Shown piece by piece: positions 37,058 through 46,399 of a stretch of DNA of 64,000 bases. The position numbers were made by a program, and so were the translations under genes. The stretch lies in UHGV virus genome UHGV-0120889; one strand, 5' to 3'. Origin of the DNA: a virus. A model generated the notes under the pieces. That model was given only the letters and a program-made list of their open reading frames with translations, was not told the origin of the DNA and did not search any database. Position 1 is the first letter of the stretch. Every line of letters begins with the position of its first letter.

Positions 37058-37288
37058 ATGAGTCATAACTCCAAGTGGAAGGATCTTGGTTTTGCAAGTC
37101 GGGCAGAGTATGTTGGTTGGCTTTGGTTCAATGGCCTGACAAACGATATTAAAATGTATGATGATGTCTATTATGACGAGTATACAGGTAAAATTATAAA
37201 TATCTCTGTAGAAGAGGATACTTTTATCCAGCAAGATACTGATACCTGCCTTGATAAATACGTTAGTGAAGTGGAGGAAGCAAATTGA
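37058..37288 (+). CDS. hypothetical protein (76 aa)
   Basis: ATG 37058 with AAGGTGG RBS; stop overlaps nrdA start. Confidence 0.4.
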   Translation: MSHNSKWKDLGFASRAEYVGWLWFNGLTNDIKMYDDVYYDEYTGKIINISVEEDTFIQQDTDTCLDKYVSEVEEAN

Positions 37289-39600
37289 TCACCAAGGTAA
37301 TTAAAAGCAACGGATGTGAAGTGGCATTCGATCCAGAACGTTTAAATAAGGCAGCTATTTTCGGTGACGATGGTAACGGCAATTGGTCACATATTGCACT
37401 GGATGCCTACAAGCGGTTGTATGATGGATGTACAACCAAAGAAGTTAACCAAGCTATTATAGACTCTTGTGTTAGCCGTAAAGACGAAGCACATTCCCGT
37501 ATGGCTGGTCGTGTTCTTATTGGTCAGATCTATAAAGAGGCTTTTGGAGGGTTTACAAAGATCCCTTCCTTACCATCATTTTACAATGACATGGTTGAGA
37601 AAGGTTATTGGGAGGATATGGGTTATAGCTTTACCGAGCTGAACACTTTAGACGCTGTTATTGACCACAGTAAAGATCTCGGTTATGGCTATGCAGTCCT
37701 TAAACAGTTTCGCGACAAATACGGGATCAAGGATACTCTTAAAGACACCTTGTTTGAATCTCCCCAGATGATGTTTATGGGGATAGCAATGGCTGTCATG
37801 AAGAATATGCCGAAAGAACGTCGTATCAACGATGTTGTAAAATTATACACTTATCTGTCCGACTTAAAGATCAATGCCCCAACACCGTACTTAAACGGGC
37901 TGCGTACAGGTAAGACAGGGTATGCATCTTGTTGTGTAATAAAAGCTGACGATACAGCAAAATCTATTGGTGTGGCACGTGAAGTTGCGTACACAATGAC
38001 GGTTAACCAAGCAGGTATCGGCTACTACTTATCCTCAAGATCTGCAGGCGATGGTGTTCGTGGTAACACTATTAAACATATGGGTAAGATTCCATATTAT
38101 CGAGGTATTGATGCTGGGGTTAAGGAGAACAGACAACAATCACGTGGTGGTTCTGCAACAGTATCATTCCTTGCACTGGACCCGCAGATTGATGAGCTAA
38201 TCCGTTTGAGAAACCCTATGACTGTTGCTTCAAAAAGAATCAACACCATGGACTACTCCATCGGTATTAATAGGTCGTTTATCAACCGTGTGGCTAAGAA
38301 TTTAGATTGGATGCTTGTTTCTTATAAGCACGCGCCTCAACTGCATGAGGGTATCTTCACCATGTCTATGGAGGAGTTTGATGCAGAGGTTGATCGTATT
38401 GCTAAAGATGACAGTATTCCTAAAACATGGATCCGAGCCAGAGATCTTGCTGTTGAACTGATCACGCAGCGTACTGAGGTGGGAAGGCTGTATGTATACT
38501 GGACAGATGAGATGAATAGGCATACACCTTTTAAAGATGTGATCTATTCAAGCAACCTGTGTGCAGAAATAGCCCTCCCGACAAAAGGCTATTCAGATAT
38601 GCGTAATATCTTCAAGTACGATGTTGATGATGGTGAGGTTGCATTGTGCTTCCTGTCATCTCTTGTAGCTGGAAGGGTTACCCCAGAGGAGTATGAGGAT
38701 GTTGCATACTACACGGTGCTTATGATTGACAATGTTATGGAAATCATGACATATCCGTATGAAAATATGGAGAGCACTGTTAAAAAACGCAGATCCATCG
38801 GGGTTGGCCTTACCAATGTTGCACATTTTATTGCCAGCCACAAGGTTACTTACGGATCTCCTGAAAGTAAACAGCTCGTTCACGATCTTGCAGAACTTCA
38901 CAGCTACAGCTTGCATAAGGCAAGTTTACGGTTGGCAAAAGAGCGTGGTGTCTGCGAGTGGATGCATAAAACAAAATATCCAGAAGGTTGGTTACCAATC
39001 GACACCTATAACAAAGAGGTCGATAGCGTGGTGAAAGATCCTTCTCTTAAACAGGATTGGGAAGGGTTACGTAAAGAAATCATTGAGAATGGTGGGCTAC
39101 GTAATAGCGTTCTTGAAGCATATATGCCTAATGAAAGCTCTTCGCTGGCAACAAACACCACTAACGGGGTTTATCCTGTCCGTGAGCACATTATCTTTAA
39201 AAAGTCGCCACAAGGGCAGGTGCTGTTTATCGTTCCTGACTATGATGAGTTGAAAGAGTATTACACCTCGGCTTGGGACGTTGATACTAACGACATGATC
39301 GATATGTATGCCGTGATTCAAAAATTCACAGGTCAGGCAATCAGCGCGGATTTATACATAGACTACACCAAGTTGAAAGATGGTAAAATTTCAATGAAGG
39401 AGCAGTTAGGGTACCTTATCCGTGCCACTAAATTCGGGATGAAGACATGGTATTATTTAAACTCTAGGGTTGGTGCTGGTGACTCCTTGGCAGAGGAACT
39501 TCATGCCAAGAAACAGGCTGAAGATGAAACCAGAAAGAACTATCCTTTGATTGCAGATAGTTCAGTTGAAGATCCGTATTGCGAAAGCTGTGCACTATAA
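37285..39600 (+). CDS. nrdA: ribonucleoside-diphosphate reductase large subunit (class Ia NrdA)
   Basis: 771 aa; active-site region SSNLCAEIALP and C-terminal Cys pair (CESCAL) typical of class I RNR alpha; followed by nrdB. Confidence 0.8.
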   Translation: MITKVIKSNGCEVAFDPERLNKAAIFGDDGNGNWSHIALDAYKRLYDGCTTKEVNQAIIDSCVSRKDEAHSRMAGRVLIGQIYKEAFGGFTKIPSLPSFYNDMVEKGYWEDMGYSFTELNTLDAVIDHSKDLGYGYAVLKQFRDKYGIKDTLKDTLFESPQMMFMGIAMAVMKNMPKERRINDVVKLYTYLSDLKINAPTPYLNGLRTGKTGYASCCVIKADDTAKSIGVAREVAYTMTVNQAGIGYYLSSRSAGDGVRGNTIKHMGKIPYYRGIDAGVKENRQQSRGGSATVSFLALDPQIDELIRLRNPMTVASKRINTMDYSIGINRSFINRVAKNLDWMLVSYKHAPQLHEGIFTMSMEEFDAEVDRIAKDDSIPKTWIRARDLAVELITQRTEVGRLYVYWTDEMNRHTPFKDVIYSSNLCAEIALPTKGYSDMRNIFKYDVDDGEVALCFLSSLVAGRVTPEEYEDVAYYTVLMIDNVMEIMTYPYENMESTVKKRRSIGVGLTNVAHFIASHKVTYGSPESKQLVHDLAELHSYSLHKASLRLAKERGVCEWMHKTKYPEGWLPIDTYNKEVDSVVKDPSLKQDWEGLRKEIIENGGLRNSVLEAYMPNESSSLATNTTNGVYPVREHIIFKKSPQGQVLFIVPDYDELKEYYTSAWDVDTNDMIDMYAVIQKFTGQAISADLYIDYTKLKDGKISMKEQLGYLIRATKFGMKTWYYLNSRVGAGDSLAEELHAKKQAEDETRKNYPLIADSSVEDPYCESCAL

Positions 39601-39607
39601 TTTTAAA

Positions 39608-39627
39608 GGGGCTTCGGCCCCATTTTA
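39608..39627 (+). terminator. hairpin/attenuator between nrdA and nrdB
   Basis: GGGGC-TTCG-GCCCC followed by ATTTTAG; short U-tract, nrdB RBS immediately after. Confidence 0.4.
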
Positions 39628-39638
39628 GAGGTAGAATA

Positions 39639-40727
39639 ATGGCTGTATTTAATGCTGAGAACACCGCTCATAAAACTGGTGACTATCCGCTGTTTCTGGG
39701 ACAGCAAATGGGTATGTACGACTCTATCAACAAAAAATATCCACAACTGTTTGAACTATACAAAAAACAAAAAGAGCAAGATTGGGCAGAGGATGAAGTG
39801 GATTTGTCGCAATCTATTTCAGATTTTGTAACATGCTCAAAATCAACTTATGACGTGATGGTGCAGACCTTGATGTGGCAATGGGAGGCTGATAGCGTTG
39901 CGGCAAGATCGATCATCTGCCTCTTTTCACCATTCATCACTAATAGTGAGCTTTTCACTCTATTGATGAAACAGTCAGAGATTGAAGTTCTTCACGCACT
40001 AACTTACTCAGAGATTGTTAGACAATGCCTCCCCAATGCCCGTGAGATTATAGAAGAGATTCAGGAAAACCAAAACGTTCTGAGCAGATCCGGCGTTATT
40101 GTCAAATACATGCAAGAGCTTGAGGTTATTGGTGCAAAATACCGCCTGGATCCTTCTAGTGTTGAAGAAGATATTGTGCGGAAATGCATTCTTAGAGCGC
40201 TTTTTGCGCTTTTAGCTCTGGAAAGTATTGAGTTTATTGCAAGTTTTGCATGCACTTTCGCAGTAGCTGAACAGGGTATCTTTGTTCAGGTGGCGCAGCT
40301 TGTTCAAAAAATCATGCTTGACGAAATGCTACATTCGAAAGGTGATTTTGCCATCATTGATATCTTGCTTAATGATCCCGCATGGGAGAAAAGCTTCCTT
40401 GAGATAAAGGGGGAGTTAAAAGAGATTCTTGATGAAGTACGAACCAAAGAGTACGGTTGGAGTGACTATATTTTCAGCGAAGGAAGAGCGATTATAGGTC
40501 TTAACTCACCGTTGCTTAAAGAGTGGGTTGACTATAACTGCTCACCGATTTATGATTACTACGACATCGACAAAGACTTTGTGCCGCCAACAAAGGACCC
40601 GCTACCGTTTATGCAGGTGTGGATGAAACCTTCATTACAACAGACGGCGAACCAAGAAATGTCGAACACTGACTACCGCGTCAACACAACTGTTAACGAC
40701 GCTGAAGAAGAAATTTGGGAGTTTTAA
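39639..40727 (+). CDS. nrdB: ribonucleoside-diphosphate reductase small subunit (NrdB)
   Basis: ATG 39639 with AGAGG RBS; 363 aa helical protein adjacent to nrdA; di-iron ligand-like E/H motifs (MLDEMLHSKGD). Confidence 0.7.
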   Translation: MAVFNAENTAHKTGDYPLFLGQQMGMYDSINKKYPQLFELYKKQKEQDWAEDEVDLSQSISDFVTCSKSTYDVMVQTLMWQWEADSVAARSIICLFSPFITNSELFTLLMKQSEIEVLHALTYSEIVRQCLPNAREIIEEIQENQNVLSRSGVIVKYMQELEVIGAKYRLDPSSVEEDIVRKCILRALFALLALESIEFIASFACTFAVAEQGIFVQVAQLVQKIMLDEMLHSKGDFAIIDILLNDPAWEKSFLEIKGELKEILDEVRTKEYGWSDYIFSEGRAIIGLNSPLLKEWVDYNCSPIYDYYDIDKDFVPPTKDPLPFMQVWMKPSLQQTANQEMSNTDYRVNTTVNDAEEEIWEF

Positions 40728-40730
40728 TAT

Positions 40731-41009
40731 ATGAGCTGCGAAAAATCTTTTTTCATCATCATTTACGGTAAGGATAACTGCCCACATTGTGTCAGAGCAA
40801 AAGAATTTGCAATCAGCAAAGGTCTGCCTTTTGTATATAAGACACTTGGCGAGGGCTACACAAAAGAAGAGCTTATTGAGAAGTGCAGTCCAATCGTCCC
40901 CCGAACGTTGCCGCAGATCTTCTTAGAAAGCGATCTTGACAGTATCCATATAGGCGGTGCCGACGATTTCATCTCTTTTGTTAAGAATGGTTTTGGAGAG
41001 AAAAAGTGA
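40731..41009 (+). CDS. glutaredoxin/NrdH-like redoxin
   Basis: CPHC active-site motif in 92-aa protein between nrdB and nrdD. Confidence 0.65.
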   Translation: MSCEKSFFIIIYGKDNCPHCVRAKEFAISKGLPFVYKTLGEGYTKEELIEKCSPIVPRTLPQIFLESDLDSIHIGGADDFISFVKNGFGEKK

Positions 41010-41869
41010 AAGTTGTAAAACGGGACGGTAGAGAAGAGTTCTATAACGGAATTAAGGTGATCAAGGCGGCAGAGTCCGCCTTACTTGAGTCTGGACATAC
41101 TGAAGAAGAAGCTTACCGGATCGCTTGTGCGGTTAATGAAGTTGTTGCTAACAATCTGCCAACCGACCAGTGCACGATCTCTGTAAAAAATATCCATATC
41201 CTTGTTGAAGATGCTCTTATGGATATGGGTTTAAAATGTGCAGCCAGAGAATACATCCAGTATAGACAGACAAGAGATAATAACAGAGAGGCAGGTGGAA
41301 AACTACTTGCAGATATTAGTGGCTTCTTGGATCGAACTTGTGATGAATTTACAAAAGAAAACGCAAATAAGCCCACTAATCATGTACACACTCATCGTGA
41401 CCTGCTTGCAGGCATCCTTAGCAAACACCTTGCATCAACACAGATCCTGCCAGACCGTGTTTCAGAAGAGCACAATAAAGGCTTCATCCATGTGCATGAT
41501 CTTGACTACTTGATCAGTCCGTTAACAAACTGTTGTTTGGTAAATTATCCAGATATGTTGGAAAACGGATTCAACATTGGCAACGCCCATGTCAGTAAGC
41601 CGAAGTCAATAGGGGTTGCAACAACAATCCTTAGTCAAATCTCTAGCGCGGTAGCTAGTGCTCAATATGGTGGTCAGACTATGAGCCATATTGATCATTA
41701 TCTGGCACAGTATGCTGAAGCAACCTATGAGAAGAACCTTAAATTTTGCCAGGAACATTGGTTGCCGGATGCTGAAACTGTTGCAATGCAAATGACAGAT
41801 AAAGATGTATTTGACAGCATGCAGACTTTGCTCTATCAAATCAATACGTTAACCTCTGTCAACGGTTAA
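41006..41869 (+). CDS. nrdD: anaerobic ribonucleoside-triphosphate reductase NrdD, exon 1 (3' boundary approximate)
   Basis: ATP-cone start MKVVKRDGREE, IHVHDLD and NCCL motifs; ORF ends where intron-like sequence begins. Confidence 0.7.
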   Translation: MKVVKRDGREEFYNGIKVIKAAESALLESGHTEEEAYRIACAVNEVVANNLPTDQCTISVKNIHILVEDALMDMGLKCAAREYIQYRQTRDNNREAGGKLLADISGFLDRTCDEFTKENANKPTNHVHTHRDLLAGILSKHLASTQILPDRVSEEHNKGFIHVHDLDYLISPLTNCCLVNYPDMLENGFNIGNAHVSKPKSIGVATTILSQISSAVASAQYGGQTMSHIDHYLAQYAEATYEKNLKFCQEHWLPDAETVAMQMTDKDVFDSMQTLLYQINTLTSVNG

Positions 41870-42717
41870 CAAACTGGCCGTTGTAAAACTCTCCTAACCT
41901 CATAAGAGGGGTCGGTAAATCCGGCTAACGGGGAACGCTAAGGCGAAAGCTATGCCAATCCCGTGACTAGTTCTTACAGGAGTTGGAACGGTTGTAACGA
42001 CTAACGAAAGGCAGAGATGCTTGACAAACATTTCTGAACCAAGTAGTGTAGGGGTTAGTTGAAATACTAACTTCGAAATGGAGAGGCTCTATGAAAAAGA
42101 TCATTCTTAATGGTGAAGAATCGAACTATGTGATTGATGAGGTTGGAAACGTATACGGAAAACGTGGAATGCTACACCCAATATTGTGGGGAGGTTATGG
42201 AAAAGGTAACAAGCATGTTAAACGCCGTTATATGTACTCTTTCAACCACAAAGGTAAAAAGATTCGAATCCAAACCTCAAGGGTTGTTGCCTTGTATTGT
42301 TTGCCAGATGTCCCAGAAGACCCTGAAAACTGGGAAGTGAATCATAAAGATGGCAATACATTGAATGATCATCCGTCTAACCTAGAGTGGGTTTTGCCGG
42401 AAGATAATAAGAGACATGCTTTCCGAACAGGACTTTGTCCAGGTAAGTGCTATAGGAAAGTGCAGGCATACAAAGGGAAAATCTTGGTGGGTGAATATCC
42501 TTCACTCTATGCCTGTGCAAAAGCCTTAAATTTGAACGTAGGTAACGTTCACAGGGCTATCGAAGGAAATGCCGAAGGTAAGCATCTCACAATAAAGGGT
42601 TATTATCTTATTGAAGTAGAGTAAGAGATAGTCTGGCCCTGTGGAAACACAGGGAGGAGACAGCAGACTCCATTCATCACATTAAGTTTAGGACTAGATA
42701 CCTCGGTCTTTGGTAGA
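41870..42717 (+). mobile_element. putative group I intron in nrdD carrying an HNH homing endonuclease gene (boundaries approximate)
   Basis: ~850 bp interrupts nrdD between N- and C-terminal halves; contains free-standing HNH ORF; flanking non-coding parts are structured. Confidence 0.55.
42091..42624 (+). CDS. HNH homing endonuclease (intron-encoded)
   Basis: Classic HNH motif EVNHKDGNTLNDHPSNLEWV; located inside nrdD intervening sequence. Confidence 0.75.
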   Translation: MKKIILNGEESNYVIDEVGNVYGKRGMLHPILWGGYGKGNKHVKRRYMYSFNHKGKKIRIQTSRVVALYCLPDVPEDPENWEVNHKDGNTLNDHPSNLEWVLPEDNKRHAFRTGLCPGKCYRKVQAYKGKILVGEYPSLYACAKALNLNVGNVHRAIEGNAEGKHLTIKGYYLIEVE

Positions 42718-43926
42718 ATGATTACCAAAAACTACTTGAAAGTCCACAAAATGGGTCTTGGTGAAGAACGTATCACACCTGTGTTCCCTAAAGTGCTGTT
42801 CTTCCTGGAAGAGGGTGTCAACATGAACCCTGGGGATCCTAACTATGATTTGAAACGATTAGCTCTGGAATGCTGTGCAGAACGTATCTATCCTGACTTC
42901 GTATCTGTACCACTAAATAGAAAAGTGACAGGCTCGACAGATGGCAAAGTAACTAGCATGGGTTGCAGGAGTTTTCTTAGCAAATACAATGACTTGGAAA
43001 CAGGCGAGGAGAAATACCTTGGCAGATTTAACTTAGGCGTTGTTAGCCTTAACCTGCCAATGATTGCGGCAAAAGCTAAAACGGAAGGTGTTGATTTCTT
43101 TGCAGTTCTTGACGAATACCTGGATCTTGCATACGAGGCTCACCTTGTAAGGGTTAATCGTCTAAAAGGGACAAAGGCAGGGCAGAACCCTATCATGTGG
43201 TGTGAAGGCGCTCTTGCTCGCCTGGACCCTGAAGAGAGTATTGATAAACTCTTCTATGACGGGTACGCTTCCATCAGTATTGGGTATATTGGTGTGTATG
43301 AAACCTGTCAGATTTTGGGCAGAGAGGGTGACAAGGCTTTAGCTCTTGGAATCCTTCAGCACATGAGAGATGCTTGTGAGCGACACAAGAAGGAAAGTAG
43401 ACTAGCGTTTAGCTTGTACGGCACCCCTTCTGAGAGTCTATGCTATAAAGCTGCAACCTGTCTGGATCGTGAATATCCTGAAGTGTTGAAGCACGAGCAT
43501 GAATATCTCACCAACAGTTTCCATCAGCCAGTATGGATCAATAGCTCTCCTTTTGATAAGTGGGAGTATGAGGAAGGTTTTGCTATGATCTCCTCTGGTG
43601 GCAACATCGGATACGTAGAGACACCAAATCTGAAAAACAACTTAGATGCTTTGGAAGCTCTTGTTGATTTCGGATATAAACACATTATGTATTTTGGTAT
43701 TAACCAACCTGTGGATAAATGTCTCAAGTGTGGTTTCTCTGGTGAGTTCAGTGCAACAGCTAAAGGCTTTGTATGCCCAGAGTGTGGAAACCATGAAGAG
43801 GGAACGATCAGTGTAATTCGACGTGTGTCTGGATACCTTTCCAGTCCTAACTCCCGTCCTTACAATAAAGGTAAGCAAGCGGAAGTTATCGAGCGAGTTA
43901 AGCACTACGGAAGTTGTGGTTGCTGA
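42718..43926 (+). CDS. nrdD: NrdD exon 2 (5' boundary approximate; frame open from 42625)
   Basis: C-terminal zinc ribbon CLKCGFSG...CPECGN and glycyl-radical motif RRVSGYL. Confidence 0.7.
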   Translation: MITKNYLKVHKMGLGEERITPVFPKVLFFLEEGVNMNPGDPNYDLKRLALECCAERIYPDFVSVPLNRKVTGSTDGKVTSMGCRSFLSKYNDLETGEEKYLGRFNLGVVSLNLPMIAAKAKTEGVDFFAVLDEYLDLAYEAHLVRVNRLKGTKAGQNPIMWCEGALARLDPEESIDKLFYDGYASISIGYIGVYETCQILGREGDKALALGILQHMRDACERHKKESRLAFSLYGTPSESLCYKAATCLDREYPEVLKHEHEYLTNSFHQPVWINSSPFDKWEYEEGFAMISSGGNIGYVETPNLKNNLDALEALVDFGYKHIMYFGINQPVDKCLKCGFSGEFSATAKGFVCPECGNHEEGTISVIRRVSGYLSSPNSRPYNKGKQAEVIERVKHYGSCGC

Positions 43927-43989
43927 TTCTTGACAAAAGCCACAAGAATGTGGCATATTATTGACACACAGTGAGCTAGGAGGTGCAGT

Positions 43990-44106
43990 ATGTCATCAGG
44001 TATTTATAAAATTTGCAAGTGCGGCTGTAGTTGTAATCTTCGTTGGTGCAAGGCACTAGACGATTTTATTTGGCATTGCCCTAAATGTGATGCGGAGTAT
44101 CTATGA
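43990..44106 (+). CDS. small Cys-rich zinc-ribbon-like protein (38 aa)
   Basis: AGGAGG RBS 6 nt upstream; CKCGCSC...WHCPKCD; stop overlaps nrdG start. Confidence 0.45.
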   Translation: MSSGIYKICKCGCSCNLRWCKALDDFIWHCPKCDAEYL

Positions 44107-44576
44107 ACATTGCTGGATACACAGAAATATCTTACACCGAAGGACCAGGTATTAGAACTGCCTTGTGGGTATCTGGGTGCCCACACGCTTGCCCTGGTTG
44201 CTTTAATCAGGCATTTTGGTCAAAAGATAAGGGGAGGAAGTTCACTGAAGAAGACTTGCAAAAAATCTTGTCAGATTTAGATAACCCGTCTGTGTGCGGT
44301 ATCTCTCTACTAGGTGGAGAACCCTTAGCATACTATAATGAGCCAGATATTATTAGCCTGATGGAGAAAATTAAGGAAAAATTTGGTGACAAGAAAACTA
44401 TTCTTGTATATACTGGGTTCACATTTGACCATATCTCTAGTGATGTTCTTAAACTGGCTGATATCATCATTGACGGTAAGTATGTAAAAGATTTACCAAC
44501 CAAGAAACCGTTCCGAGGCAGTGATAACCAAAGAATGTTTAAAAAAGTATCAGGCGGTTGGGTTCAGGTAGACTAG
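44103..44576 (+). CDS. nrdG: anaerobic RNR activating protein NrdG (radical SAM)
   Basis: CPHACPGC cluster motif near N-terminus; 157 aa; directly after nrdD. Confidence 0.75.
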   Translation: MNIAGYTEISYTEGPGIRTALWVSGCPHACPGCFNQAFWSKDKGRKFTEEDLQKILSDLDNPSVCGISLLGGEPLAYYNEPDIISLMEKIKEKFGDKKTILVYTGFTFDHISSDVLKLADIIIDGKYVKDLPTKKPFRGSDNQRMFKKVSGGWVQVD

Positions 44577-44579
44577 TTG

Positions 44580-44609
44580 TTGACAAAGCTTTGTTGAGTT
44601 GGTTATAAT
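44580..44609 (+). promoter_or_regulatory. sigma70-type promoter
   Basis: TTGACA (44580) - 18 bp - TATAAT (44604). Confidence 0.6.
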
Positions 44610-44638
44610 TGCCGTAATGAAAGCAGAGGAGGTGCCAA

Positions 44639-44752
44639 ATGGCTAAAAAAGCCTTGAAGAAGGCGTACAAGAAAGAGATTGCGCTTGAGCTTAAGAAAAA
44701 ACACAAGCGTGAAAAGAAACATCATGAAGATGAAGAGGGGGTGCAACAGTGA
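44639..44752 (+). CDS. small highly basic protein (37 aa)
   Basis: GAGGAGG RBS; Lys-rich MAKKALKKAYKKEIALELKKKHKREKKHH. Confidence 0.4.
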   Translation: MAKKALKKAYKKEIALELKKKHKREKKHHEDEEGVQQ

Positions 44753-45099
44753 CACAAGAACGTATCGATTTGGCTAATAAGTTTGTAGATCTCATTTTGC
44801 CACGGTTAGTTACTCAACATGCAGATGCTATTTCTACTAATCTTGATGGCTTACGCCTAATGCTGAATCGCACAGATGACCCTCGTATTCGGGCTGATTT
44901 AGAAGCCTCTGCCAACAAACTGGAAAAGTTCTTGCAAGTAGACACGCAAGAAGCCTTGCACAAGATTATGGTGGAAGGTTTCTCTAAAGAATTTACCATT
45001 AAAGAGCTTAAGGAGCTGATCCACCAAGAAGAGATGAATATCCGAGTTCAGGCTGTTGCAAGCAGCATGGAAGCGGCTATTGAAAAACTGTTGCAGTAA
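44749..45099 (+). CDS. hypothetical protein (116 aa)
   Basis: ORF track (GTG start overlapping previous stop). Confidence 0.4.
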   Translation: MTQERIDLANKFVDLILPRLVTQHADAISTNLDGLRLMLNRTDDPRIRADLEASANKLEKFLQVDTQEALHKIMVEGFSKEFTIKELKELIHQEEMNIRVQAVASSMEAAIEKLLQ

Positions 45100-45137
45100 A
45101 AGTACTTGGCACATCTCAATCTGAAAGGAGTCCCAAC

Positions 45138-45926
45138 ATGGGTCGAGCTAAAGAAACAAAACGCATGCGTGATGAAGCTAGAGAGGCTCGCAAATCTGAT
45201 CGCCTGCGTAAGGCTGCTGAGAAATTTGCTGACGAAAGAGAGCACACCGCTCCAGCTCTCCGACCAATGAATAAGAAGCAGCAAAAGTATCTTGATTATC
45301 TAGGGTCACGTAAGATTATTATTGTAAACGGTGTGTTTGGATCTGGTAAGACATTCATGGCATCTGCATATGCAGGTGATCTTCTGCGTAAGAACGAGAT
45401 TGATAAGATTATTGTTGCACGTCCTTACGTTCAGACAGGAAAGACTTCAGGATTTAAACCTGGAAATGCAATGCAGAAACTGTGGCCCTATCTTCGAAGC
45501 ATGATGGACACGATTTGTCGTCGTGTTGGCAAAGGTGCTTTTGCCGCAATGCTGGGAGACGGTCAGAACAGCCGTATCGAGATTTGTGAAGTTGAAAGCA
45601 TTCGTGGTCGTAGTTTCGATGAGCGATGCTTTGTCCTGATTGACGAGGCACAGCAAACTAACCCTGAAGAAATGTTGTCAATTATCACAAGGATCTCTGA
45701 TCAAGCCACCCTTGTAATTATGGGTGATAATAGCCAACGTGACATCCCTGGTAAATCTGGCCTTGCATGGGTGACGGATTTCTTTACTCGTCATCCAGAT
45801 CCTGAGGTTGGAATGATCAGCTTTGATAGTCCAGACGATGTCGTTCGTTCTGGGTTGGGTCGTCAGATCGCACTCAATCTTATTGAGGATCGTGCAAATC
45901 ATATTTGGACCCCTGTTTCCGAGTAA
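45138..45926 (+). CDS. phoH: PhoH-like ATPase
   Basis: Walker A GVFGSGKTFMA, PhoH-like layout, Walker B-like VLIDEAQ. Confidence 0.75.
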   Translation: MGRAKETKRMRDEAREARKSDRLRKAAEKFADEREHTAPALRPMNKKQQKYLDYLGSRKIIIVNGVFGSGKTFMASAYAGDLLRKNEIDKIIVARPYVQTGKTSGFKPGNAMQKLWPYLRSMMDTICRRVGKGAFAAMLGDGQNSRIEICEVESIRGRSFDERCFVLIDEAQQTNPEEMLSIITRISDQATLVIMGDNSQRDIPGKSGLAWVTDFFTRHPDPEVGMISFDSPDDVVRSGLGRQIALNLIEDRANHIWTPVSE

Positions 45927-45970
45927 TACAGAAGGGTGGTTATTCCACCCTTAAATATCTAAAACAGTTG

Positions 45971-45999
45971 TTGACAAATAGGTAAGCTTTAGATATTAT
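45971..45999 (+). promoter_or_regulatory. sigma70-type promoter
   Basis: TTGACA (45971) - 17 bp - TATTAT (45994). Confidence 0.6.
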
Positions 46000-46027
46000 T
46001 ATCGGACAAAACAGAGAGAAGGACAGT

Positions 46028-46339
46028 ATGGCTACAATACAAGAGAAACTGAATAAAATATACTGCCTGTTTGTCTATAACGGCGAGACAATTTTGGCAA
46101 ATAAAGGATCCAAGAATGTGTGGACCAAGGACAGTGGTGGTAATATAATTAACTTAGCGTTGCTACGTGAGCGCCGACACAGATTCTTTATCGAGTCTCG
46201 AATTATTGAAAGCAGCACTTGCTACAGAACAGGCGATAAAGTAATTGTTGACAATGATACGTGGTATGTGGTAGACTGGCAATCATTGAGTTGTGATGCT
46301 TCTGACAATCGTAAGTATTCCCTAGTGATTGCTAAATAA
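46028..46339 (+). CDS. hypothetical protein (103 aa)
   Basis: ORF track. Confidence 0.4.
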   Translation: MATIQEKLNKIYCLFVYNGETILANKGSKNVWTKDSGGNIINLALLRERRHRFFIESRIIESSTCYRTGDKVIVDNDTWYVVDWQSLSCDASDNRKYSLVIAK

Positions 46340-46399
46340 AGGTAAATGTGAATCAGGTTTAAATAAATAGCTTTCAACTTCCAATATTAAGGATTTCTC

